A stretch of 64,000 bases of DNA from an uncultured Actinomycetota bacterium (GTDB taxonomy: Bacteria > Actinomycetota > Actinomycetes > JAHEKZ01), in contig CAVURN010000001.1 in the NCBI GenBank assembly GCA_963743915.1, positions 416,001 to 480,000 on the forward strand. Direction: 5' to 3'. Below the pieces are notes generated by a model. That model did not search any database. It saw nothing but the letters and a program-made list of their open reading frames with translations, and was not told the DNA's origin. The first letter of the stretch is position 1. Each line of letters opens with the position of its first letter. Shown in pieces: positions 10,022-18,586 of this stretch. Both the position numbers and the translations under genes were made by a program.

Positions 10022-10387
10022 ATGTCCAACAAGGCCGTCGTGAGCTTGTCGACCGGACTCGAGGACGCCGAGAAGGTGACGGTCGCCCTGCTGGTAGCAG
10101 TCGGAGCCGCCGAGACGGGGCACGAGACCCTGATGTTCCTGTCCAAGGAGGCCGTCCGGCTCGCCCTTCCCGGGGTCGCTGCCGGGACCGCGTGCGACGG
10201 CTGCCCGCCACTGCCCGACCTGGTCAAGCGCTACCAGGCGGCCGGCGGCCGCTTCTACGTCTGCCCCATCTGCTTCAACGCCAAGGAGCTCGACGACGCC
10301 GAGTTCATCGAAGGTGCCGAGCTCAACGGCACGGTCCCCCTGTGGAACTGGATCGGCGACCAGCCGGCCACCACTTTCAGCTACTGA
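10022..10387 (+). CDS. DsrE family protein
   Basis: TLMFLSKEAVRLA, CDGC and YVCPIC, short size, SD AGGAGG. Confidence 0.88.
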   Translation: MSNKAVVSLSTGLEDAEKVTVALLVAVGAAETGHETLMFLSKEAVRLALPGVAAGTACDGCPPLPDLVKRYQAAGGRFYVCPICFNAKELDDAEFIEGAELNGTVPLWNWIGDQPATTFSY

Positions 10388-10399
10388 CGAGGAGAAGCC

Positions 10400-11179
10400 A
10401 TGAGCGACAACGGCATCAAGCTGCTCGACACAGTCGACCTCGAGGACCGGGTCAAGGCGATGTACGAGCTGGTGGCCCTCGAGCCCCAGCAGACGTTCCA
10501 CTTCGAGACCGGCCGCGCGCTCGCCGAGCGGCTGGGCTACCCGGCTGCTGACCTCGACGCGATCCCGGGCGAGGCCATCGACTCGTTCGCCGGCGTCGGC
10601 TACTTCCTCGACCTCGCCGCGCTGCAGCCCGGCGAGACGGTGCTCGACCTCGGCAGCGGCAGCGGGACGGACAGCTTCCTGGCCGCCCGCGCCGTGGGCG
10701 AAGCCGGACGAGTCATCGGCGTGGACATGACGCCGGCGCAGCTGGCCAAGGCCGGTGGGCTGGCCGAGTCCGCAGGGTACGGCTGGGTGTCGTTCGTCGA
10801 CGGCTACATCGAGCGGCCGCCGGTCGCGGACGAGTCCGTGGACTGCGTCATCTCCAACGGCGTGTTCAACCTCTCCCCCGACAAGCCGGCCGTGTTCCGC
10901 GGCGCAGCGTCGGCGCTCAGGCCGGGCGGGAGGCTCGCGATTGCCGACATCATCACCGAGGTCCGGCTCCCGGACGGCGTCACCTGCGACGCATCTCTGT
11001 GGGCGGCGTGCATCGGTGGCGCGGCCCAGCGTGACGAGTACCTCCAGATGTGCGAGGACGCCGGGCTCGGCATCGTGACCGTCCGCAGCAACGACTACCG
11101 GTTCATCTCCGACCAGGCTCTGGGCGCCAGCGAGAACTACGGCGTGTCGAGCATCAGCTTGCTGGCCCGTCGAAGCTGA
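10400..11179 (+). CDS. Class I SAM-dependent methyltransferase, ArsM-related
   Basis: VLDLGSGSGTD, GVDMT, DCVISNGVFNLSPDK, LWAACIGGA. Confidence 0.88.
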   Translation: MSDNGIKLLDTVDLEDRVKAMYELVALEPQQTFHFETGRALAERLGYPAADLDAIPGEAIDSFAGVGYFLDLAALQPGETVLDLGSGSGTDSFLAARAVGEAGRVIGVDMTPAQLAKAGGLAESAGYGWVSFVDGYIERPPVADESVDCVISNGVFNLSPDKPAVFRGAASALRPGGRLAIADIITEVRLPDGVTCDASLWAACIGGAAQRDEYLQMCEDAGLGIVTVRSNDYRFISDQALGASENYGVSSISLLARRS

Positions 11180-11304
11180 CAGGTGGTGCGATGCAGCCGA
11201 AGACCTTCGTCGAGTCCGCTCTCAGGAGGCGGCTACGGGACGGCGGCCGTCGGACTCGAGCGCCCTCATCCGGATCGTGGGCCCTCCGCACCCGATGCCG
11301 CATG

Positions 11305-12609
11305 TCATCCCTCGGCCCTGACTGCCGGTGTCAGAACTAGCGGCATGTCGCGGACGGTGAGCTCGTCGTACGTCTCCCGGCGCACGACGAGCCTCGCCGT
11401 GCCGTCGGCCACGAACACGACGGGCGGGCGCAACGCGCCGTTGTAGTTGCTGAGCAGGGTGTACGTGTACGCACCGGTCATCGGCATGGCGATGATGTCT
11501 CCCGGTCGTGGGTCTGCCAACGGAAGATCCGAGGCGAACAGGTCGCCTGACTCGCACTGCCGGCCGACCAGCTCGACCGGTGAACCTCCGGTGGGCCGGT
11601 CGGCCAGCGCGGCGTCGAACCGTGTTCCCACGTAGGTCGATGCCTCGAGGTTGTCGGCGATCCCACCGTCGACGGCGACGAACGTGGGCTCGCCTGCCTT
11701 GACCGTCACCACGCGGTACAAGGTCACGGCTGCTTGGGCCACGAGCGAGCGGCCGGGCTCGATCCAGAGCTCCGCGTACGGCGGCAGGTGGTCTGCCGCC
11801 GCGGTGCTGAGAGTGTCGAGGTACTCGTCGAGCGTCGGACCCTCGTCGGTGCGCGAGTAGCGCATCCCGAGCCCTCCGCCCACGTCGTACACGTCGAACG
11901 TCCCGAGGTGGGCGACGGCCTTCACCGCGTCCGCGAAGACGGGGAGCGACAGTATCTGTGACCCGATGTGCAGATGGAGGCCTCGCACGTCGAACCTGTC
12001 GCTGGCTCCCATGTGGGCCAGGGCGCGTTCCGCCTCGTCGAGCGACAGGCCGAACTTGGAGCCGTGGTGCCCGGTGGAGATCGCGGCCAGGGTCGGGGCG
12101 TCGACCCCGGGGATCACCCGGAGCAGCACCCGGTGCGGGTGTGAGCCGAGCCGCTCCAGGCGGGTGATGTCGTCCCAGCCGTCGACCACGATCGTGCCGA
12201 CTCCGGCAGCGACAGCGCGCGCGAGCTCGTCGTCGGTCTTGGCGTTGCCGTGCAGCACGATGCGCTGAGGTGGCACTCCGGCGCCGAGGGCGGTGACCAG
12301 CTCGCCACCGCCGGCGACGTCGATGTGCAGGTCCTCGTCCGCCAGCACCCGGTAGACGGCGGTGCAGGGGAACGACTTGGAGGCGAAGGCCACGCTGGAC
12401 CTCGGCCGTCGCCGTCGAAGGCCGTCACGGAAGGCGCGCGCGCGAGCGCGCAGGGCGTCCTCGTCGACCACCATGACCGGAGTCCCGAACTGCTCGGCGA
12501 GCGTCGAGAGCCGCAGCCCCTGGAGGGTGAGCGCACCGTCTGCGTCGACGTCGGTGCCGTCCGGAAAGAGGCTCAGCAGTCCGGCATCCACGGACGCGCG
12601 CCCCGTCAC
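11305..12609 (-). CDS. lysA: Diaminopimelate decarboxylase-like PLP enzyme
   Basis: FASKSF (PLP Lys), LHGNAK, SKFG, HIGSQI, EPGRSL, GRQCESGD, GAY motifs. Confidence 0.82.
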   Translation of the reverse strand: MTGRASVDAGLLSLFPDGTDVDADGALTLQGLRLSTLAEQFGTPVMVVDEDALRARARAFRDGLRRRRPRSSVAFASKSFPCTAVYRVLADEDLHIDVAGGGELVTALGAGVPPQRIVLHGNAKTDDELARAVAAGVGTIVVDGWDDITRLERLGSHPHRVLLRVIPGVDAPTLAAISTGHHGSKFGLSLDEAERALAHMGASDRFDVRGLHLHIGSQILSLPVFADAVKAVAHLGTFDVYDVGGGLGMRYSRTDEGPTLDEYLDTLSTAAADHLPPYAELWIEPGRSLVAQAAVTLYRVVTVKAGEPTFVAVDGGIADNLEASTYVGTRFDAALADRPTGGSPVELVGRQCESGDLFASDLPLADPRPGDIIAMPMTGAYTYTLLSNYNGALRPPVVFVADGTARLVVRRETYDELTVRDMPLVLTPAVRAEG

Positions 12610-13583
12610 GAGGCCGCGCCGGCGACCGCGTCATCGGGCGACGGGCCCCCGAGGAGCCAGGCGAGGAGCTCCTCCGCGCGGTTCACCAGCTCCATGTGCC
12701 CCCCGGCCATCGCCACCACCTGTGCCCCCGGGACGTGCGTCGCCAGCCACCGGCCGTGCGCCTCGGGCACCAGGGTGTCGTCCACCCCGTACCAGACCAT
12801 CGTGGGGACGGTGAGCTCCGAGAGGTCGAACCCCCAGTCCTTGACGAAGACGAGGTCGTCGTCGACCCAGCCGTCGACGCCGGTGCGGTACGACTCCTGG
12901 GTGCTGCGCCGGATCCGCTCGACGAACTCGGGCCGCGTGATGATCGCCCGGTCGGCCTCGGAGAGCTCGTACTCGTCGCCGAGGGGCTTGGACGGGTCGG
13001 TGTCCAGCCGCTCGAGGTCCCCAGCGGCCAGACGCTCCAGCTGTGGGCGCAGTGTCTCCTCGCCCTGGAGAGACCACTCGAACTCGTCGACGTTGCCCTG
13101 GGTCATGCCGGCCATCCACGCGTCGTGCTCGAGCCCAGCACTGCCCAAAGGCGCGACGCCGACCACGCACGCCGCCCGCGTCACCCGGTCGGCCAACAGG
13201 GTCGCCACGGCGAGCGCGTGCGGACCACCTCCTGACCCACCGTCGACGCAGAACTTCTCGACACCGAGGTGGTCGGCGATGGCAGCGACGTCGGACGCGG
13301 CATCAGCGACCACGCGCCCCGGCCGGCGCGTCGACAGCCCGTAGCCGGGTCGGTCGAAGCCGATCCGACGGACTCCGAGCCGTTCGTACAGGTCCGGCTT
13401 GTCCGGAGGTGGTCCGCCGTAGCGGCACCCCGGCGTCCCGTGCAGTGAGAAGCTGGGGAACCCGTCCTCCGGTCCGTACTCGGCCACTCCGAGAGTGAGA
13501 CCGTCCGGCGTGCGTACCGAGTACTGCCGGGCTTCCGGATCGGGGGTGTCCGTGCCGCCGCTGACCCAGGGGTGTGCGCTCAT
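12606..13583 (-). CDS. Alpha/beta fold hydrolase
   Basis: HGTPG, DRPGYG, GGSGGG nucleophile elbow, GGH. Stop overlaps the lysA start. Confidence 0.9.
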   Translation of the reverse strand: MSAHPWVSGGTDTPDPEARQYSVRTPDGLTLGVAEYGPEDGFPSFSLHGTPGCRYGGPPPDKPDLYERLGVRRIGFDRPGYGLSTRRPGRVVADAASDVAAIADHLGVEKFCVDGGSGGGPHALAVATLLADRVTRAACVVGVAPLGSAGLEHDAWMAGMTQGNVDEFEWSLQGEETLRPQLERLAAGDLERLDTDPSKPLGDEYELSEADRAIITRPEFVERIRRSTQESYRTGVDGWVDDDLVFVKDWGFDLSELTVPTMVWYGVDDTLVPEAHGRWLATHVPGAQVVAMAGGHMELVNRAEELLAWLLGGPSPDDAVAGAAS

Positions 13584-13676
13584 GGCGGGAGCGTACCCAG
13601 CCACGGTGGTCGATTGGATACGCTCGAGGTTCGACGGCAGGCGTCCCCGCCGCCGTACGAGGAAAAGGAGCACGGC

Positions 13677-14877
13677 ATGGGCCGTCTCGCCCAGACCGAG
13701 GGGCTGACCGACGTCCAGCAGGAGATCCTCGCGGCCGTCCGCGAGTTCGTGGACAACGAGATCATCCCGGTCGCCAACGAGCTCGAGCATGCCGACGAGT
13801 ACCCCACCAAGATCGTCGAACAGATGCAGGAGATGGGCATCTTCGGGCTGATGATCCCCGAGGAGTACGGAGGCCTGGGTGAGTCGCTGCTCACCTACGC
13901 GCTCGGTCGTCGAGGAGATCGCCCGCGGATGGATGAGCGTCAGCGGCATCATCAACACCCATTTCATCGTCGCGTACATGCTTCTCCAGCACGGCACCGA
14001 GGAGCAGAAGCAGAGACATCTTCCGCGGATGGCCACCGGCGAGGTGCGCGGCGCCTTCTCGATGTCAGAACCTGGTTGCGGCTCGGACGTGTCGGCGATC
14101 ACCTCGCGTGCGACGCGTCGCGACGACGGCACGTTCGTGCTGAACGGACAGAAGATGTGGTTGACCAACGGTGGATCGTCCACGCTGGTCGCGGTGCTCG
14201 TGAAGACTGACGAGGGTGCTGAGAGCGTCTACCGCAACATGACGACGTTCCTGATCGAGAAGGAGCCCGGCTTCGGCGAGGTCCTTCCCGGTCTCACCAT
14301 CCCGGGCAAGATCGACAAGATGGGCTACAAGGGCGTCGACACCACCGAGCTGGTGATGGACGGCGTCGAGCTCTCCCTCGACCACGTGCTCGGCGGCCAG
14401 ACCGGTCGCGGCTTCTACCAGATGATGGACGGCGTCGAGGTCGGACGCGTCAATGTCGCCGCCCGCGCGTGCGGCGTCGCCCAGCGAGCCTTCGAGCTCG
14501 GCATCGACTACGCCCAGCAACGCGAGACCTTCGGCAAACCGATCGCGCAGCACCAGGCGGTGCTCTTCCGACTCGCCGACATGGCCACGAAGGTGGAGTC
14601 GGCACACCAGATGATGGTGATGGCGGCGCGCAAGAAGGACTCCGGCGAGCGGAACGACCTCGAGGCCGGCATGGCCAAGTACCTCGCGAGCGAGTACTGC
14701 CACGAGGTGGTCGAGGACTCCTTCCGTATCCACGGGGGCTACGGCTACTCGAAGGAGTACGAGATCGAGCGCCTCTACCGCGAGGCGCCCATGCTCCTCA
14801 TCGGAGAGGGCACGGCCGACATCCAGCGGATGATCATCGGTCGACGCCTGCTCGAGGACTACCAGCGGCGCGTCTGA
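13677..14877 (+). pseudogene. Acyl-CoA dehydrogenase (methylsuccinyl-CoA dehydrogenase-like) with a +1 frameshift near 13905
   Basis: N-terminal half MGRLAQTEGL...PEEYGGLGESLLTYAL and C-terminal half VEEIARGW...FSMSEPG...IHGGYGY...IGEGT lie in different frames. Removing one base rejoins them. Confidence 0.85.
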
Positions 14878-14897
14878 CGCGCCCGGGAAGAGGACCG

Positions 14898-15359
14898 ATG
14901 GCTGAAGTGGAGCGCATGGTCGTGCGCGAGTGCGCGTCCTACGACGAGGCCCAGCGGGTGGTCGACTTTCTCTCCGACCGCGAGATCGAGGTCTCAGGGA
15001 TCCAGATCGTCGGCAGCGACCTTCGCCTGGTCGAGACGGTCACCGGTCGCATGTCGTACGGACGCGCAGCCGCCGCCGGCATGGTCACCGGCGCGTGGTT
15101 CGGACTGCTCATCGGCATGCTGCTCGGGCTGTTCGCCAACCCCGACCAGGATCCCGGCTGGACGACGCTGCTGCTGCTCGGCCTGCTGTGGGGTGCGGCC
15201 TTCGGGATCGTGTACGGACTCATCGCGCACGCCGCGACCCGGGGGCGTCGCGACTTCAGCTCGCGCAGCAAGCTCGAGGCATCTCAGTACCAGGTGACGT
15301 GCCCGGTTCCGGTCTTCGGGCGGGTGCGCCAAGCACTCGCCGAGATGCCGACGTCCTGA
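14898..15359 (+). CDS. General stress protein (YflT-like) membrane protein
   Basis: SYDEAQRVVDFLSD...IVGSDLRLVETVTGR, two TM helices, RRDFSS. Confidence 0.85.
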   Translation: MAEVERMVVRECASYDEAQRVVDFLSDREIEVSGIQIVGSDLRLVETVTGRMSYGRAAAAGMVTGAWFGLLIGMLLGLFANPDQDPGWTTLLLLGLLWGAAFGIVYGLIAHAATRGRRDFSSRSKLEASQYQVTCPVPVFGRVRQALAEMPTS

Positions 15360-15384
15360 TGCGAAGCCCGCGGGAGGGATACTG

Positions 15385-15894
15385 ATGCAGTTCGGTCGCT
15401 ACTACGAGGAGTTCGAGGTCGGGGCGGTCTACAAGCACTGGCCGGGGAAGACGGTCACCGAGTACGACGACCACCTCTTCTGTCTGATCACCATGAACCA
15501 CCACCCCCTGCACCTCGACGCGCACTACGCCGAGGAGACCACGGACTTCGGCAAGAACGTCGTGGTGGGCAACTACATCTACTCACTGCTGCTCGGGATG
15601 TCGGTGCCCGACGTCAGCGGCAAGGCCATCGCCAACCTCGAGATCGAGTCGCTGCGCCACGTGGCCCCGACCTTCCACGGAGACACCATCTACGGCGAGA
15701 CCACGGTGCTGGACAAGGTGGAGTCGAAGTCCAAGGACGACCGCGGAATCGTCCATGTCGAGACCATCGGCTACAAGCAGGACGGCACCGTGGTCTGCAT
15801 CTTCCGCCGCAAGGTGATGGTTCCCAAGCGTTCCTACGGCGACTCCCGCGGTGGCGAGCAGCCTGGACGCCCCGCGCCGGCGCCCCGGAGCTGA
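15385..15894 (+). CDS. MaoC family dehydratase (mesaconyl-CoA hydratase-like)
   Basis: GRYYEEFEVG, TMNHHPLHLD, PTFHGDTIY hot-dog fold motifs. Confidence 0.92.
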   Translation: MQFGRYYEEFEVGAVYKHWPGKTVTEYDDHLFCLITMNHHPLHLDAHYAEETTDFGKNVVVGNYIYSLLLGMSVPDVSGKAIANLEIESLRHVAPTFHGDTIYGETTVLDKVESKSKDDRGIVHVETIGYKQDGTVVCIFRRKVMVPKRSYGDSRGGEQPGRPAPAPRS

Positions 15895-15906
15895 GGGGCG
15901 ACAGCC

Positions 15907-16794
15907 ATGTCCCTGCATGTCGTCGGAGCGCCGGTGGACTGCATCGGTGCCGACCCCGCGACGTTGACCCCGTTCGGCACAGAGCTGTCCCCGCGCGCAC
16001 TGCGCGAGATCGGGGTGGTCGAGCGGGTAGGAGGAGTCGACCGCGGAGACCTTGACGTTCGGGTGATCGGGCGCGAACGCGATCCGCGGACCGGACTCGT
16101 CGGAGGTCACACCGTGCACGAGACCGTGTCCGGTGTCAGGGCGGGCGTCCGCGACCTGTTGGCGCCGGACGAGCGGGTCCTGCTTCTCGGTGGATGCTGC
16201 ATCCCCCTGATGGGAGCGTTGGCGGGAGCCCGGGACGCCCGTGGCGACGTCGGGCTCGTCTATGTCGACGGTCACCTGGATCTCTATGACCACAGGACGT
16301 CGCCGACCGGCGAGGCCGCCGACATGCCGACCGCGGCCGTCCTGGGCATGGGGGAGGGCGGCTTGCTGGCGGCCCTCGACGCGCCGGTGGTGACTCCCGA
16401 CCGCGTGGCCGTCCTCGGGGCGCACGACCCCGACGAGTGGCCGGCCGTGGGTCACCTCGTCGACGAGCTGCATCTGCACGTCGTCGAACCGCCCGCCATC
16501 ACCGCCGACCCGCAGGCGGTCGCACGTGCTGCGTCGGACAAGGCGGGGTCGGGAGGGGCGTTCTGGCTCCACCTCGACGTGGATGTCTTCGACCAGGAGG
16601 CGTTCCCGGCGACGGACTACCTCATGCCGGACGGGCTCAGTGTGGAGTCCGGACACGAGCTGTTGCGGACGCTGGGAGCCGATGACCGGCTGATCGGGGT
16701 CAGCGTGGGCTGCTACAACCCTGAGAAGGACCCGGGCCGGCAGCACGGTCGCCGGCTCGTCGACCTGTTGGCGGCGGCCGTAGGCCGTGCCTGA
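15907..16794 (+). CDS. Arginase/ureohydrolase family protein
   Basis: DGHLD, HLDVDVFD, PDGL, YNP motifs. GGCC replaces the usual GGDH. Confidence 0.85.
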   Translation: MSLHVVGAPVDCIGADPATLTPFGTELSPRALREIGVVERVGGVDRGDLDVRVIGRERDPRTGLVGGHTVHETVSGVRAGVRDLLAPDERVLLLGGCCIPLMGALAGARDARGDVGLVYVDGHLDLYDHRTSPTGEAADMPTAAVLGMGEGGLLAALDAPVVTPDRVAVLGAHDPDEWPAVGHLVDELHLHVVEPPAITADPQAVARAASDKAGSGGAFWLHLDVDVFDQEAFPATDYLMPDGLSVESGHELLRTLGADDRLIGVSVGCYNPEKDPGRQHGRRLVDLLAAAVGRA

Positions 16795-17000
16795 GGGCAC
16801 CGTCGTGGAACATCGTGACCCATCTGACCTGTGCAAACGTCGTCAGACCGGGTCCGCGTTCCGGAGGGTGGAACACTAGCCTTGTCCCTGTCCGGATGGC
16901 TGGACAGCGGCATGGGGGTCTTGGACCCTGGCAGCACGCGAGCCCCGCGCCGATGATCGCTCACCCCTGAAATGCACACACGCACGGAGGAACGGACGCC

Positions 17001-17669
17001 ATGACGCCTGAGGAGATCTTGAAGGGTCTGTTCGATGAGACGTTGGTGGGGAATGCGCCGGCGGTGTTGGAGCTGACGAATGCGGGTCTGGGGTTGGGGA
17101 TGGATCCGGAGACGTTGTTGTTCGAGGCGTTGATCCCGTCTTTGGAGGAGGTGGGGGCGCGGTTCGAGCGTGGTGATTTCTTCGTGCCGGAGATGTTGAT
17201 CGCGGGTAAGGCGATGAGTGGGGCGTTGGACGTGTTGCGTCCGTTGTTGGCGGCCACGGGTGCGGAGACGGTGGGCAAGTTCTTGATGGGCACGGTGAAG
17301 GGGGATGTGCATGACATCGGGAAGAACTTGGTGAACATCATGTTGGAGGGGGCGGGGTTCGAGGTGATCGACCTGGGGGTGCAGGTGGCGCCGGAGAAGT
17401 TCGTGGAGGCGATCACCGAGCACCGCCCGGACATTGTGGGGTTCAGTGCGTTCTTGACCACGACGATGCCGATGTTCAAGGCGAACATCAACGCGTTGGA
17501 GAAGGCGGGGTTGCGGGATCAGGTGATCGTGATGGTCGGGGGTGCTCCGGTGACCCAGGAGTACGCCGACGCGGTCGGCGCTGACGGGTACGCCGCTGAC
17601 GCCTCCACCGCGGTCCGCCGCGCCAAAGAGCTCCTCGGCCACCGCCGCTCCCTGGTTGCCGCCCCGTGA
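17001..17669 (+). CDS. Stand-alone corrinoid (B12-binding) protein
   Basis: Cap domain (LEEVGARFERGDFFVPEMLIAG), DVHDIGKNLV (DxHxxG), SAFLTTT, VGGAP, GADGYAADA. Confidence 0.95.
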   Translation: MTPEEILKGLFDETLVGNAPAVLELTNAGLGLGMDPETLLFEALIPSLEEVGARFERGDFFVPEMLIAGKAMSGALDVLRPLLAATGAETVGKFLMGTVKGDVHDIGKNLVNIMLEGAGFEVIDLGVQVAPEKFVEAITEHRPDIVGFSAFLTTTMPMFKANINALEKAGLRDQVIVMVGGAPVTQEYADAVGADGYAADASTAVRRAKELLGHRRSLVAAP

Positions 17670-18586
17670 CCCTGCAGTCGCTGCTCGAGTCCGGAGAGCG
17701 TCCTGTCGTCACCGGTGAGCTGGCCTCGGTCGACGGCGGCGGTCTGTCGAGGGTGCAGGCGCTGGTCGACGAGATGGCGCCGTTCGTCGATGCCATCAAC
17801 GCCACTGACAACCCGGCCGCCCACGCACATGCCTCCAACGTGGCCATCGCGATCGCCATCGCGCAGTGCGGGGCCGAGCCCATCCTGCAGGTCGTGTGCC
17901 GCGACAAGAACCGGCTGGCGCAGCAGGCTGACATCGTCGGTGCGTCCATGTTCGGGGTGCGCAACATCTGCGCACTGACGGGCGACGACGTCACTGCGGG
18001 CGACGAGCCGGAGGCGCGACGCGTCTTCGACCTGGACGGGCCGCAGCTGGTCAAGGTCGCGAGCGGTCTGGGCAGAGGCACCTACATGTCCGGACGTGCG
18101 ATCGAGCCGGCCCCGGACCTCTTCGTCGGCGCGGTGGAGAACCCGTTCGCGCCGCCGTTGCCGTACCGCGTCGAACGAGCTCTGATCAAGAGCGAGGCCG
18201 GTGCCCGGTTCCTGCAGCTGCAGATCGGCTACCACGTCGAGCGGCTCGAGGCGTTCGTCGCCGGCTGCGTGGACGCGGGCGTCACCAGCACCACGGCACT
18301 GCTGCCCACCATCTGTCTGGTCAAGCGCGCGGGCGCGCTGCGCTTCATGGACCGCGAAGTTCCCGGGATCAGCATCCCGGCCGCCACCATCGACCGTGTC
18401 GACGGCGCCGCGGACCAGGCCGAGGAGGCGTACCAGCTCGCGCTCGAGCAGGCGCAGCACGCGCTCTCCCTGCCGGGTGTCTCCGGCATCCACCTCGCCG
18501 ACTTCCGTCACGACGGCAGCCTGGGCCGCCTGGTGACCGACCTGGGACTCGCCGACGAGCAGCGAGGACGACGGGACGCCTCGTGA
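17666..18586 (+). CDS. metF: Methylenetetrahydrofolate reductase family protein
   Basis: INATDNP, QVVCRDKNR, NICALTGDD, VGAVENP. GTGA overlap with the corrinoid gene. Confidence 0.85.
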   Translation: MTLQSLLESGERPVVTGELASVDGGGLSRVQALVDEMAPFVDAINATDNPAAHAHASNVAIAIAIAQCGAEPILQVVCRDKNRLAQQADIVGASMFGVRNICALTGDDVTAGDEPEARRVFDLDGPQLVKVASGLGRGTYMSGRAIEPAPDLFVGAVENPFAPPLPYRVERALIKSEAGARFLQLQIGYHVERLEAFVAGCVDAGVTSTTALLPTICLVKRAGALRFMDREVPGISIPAATIDRVDGAADQAEEAYQLALEQAQHALSLPGVSGIHLADFRHDGSLGRLVTDLGLADEQRGRRDAS

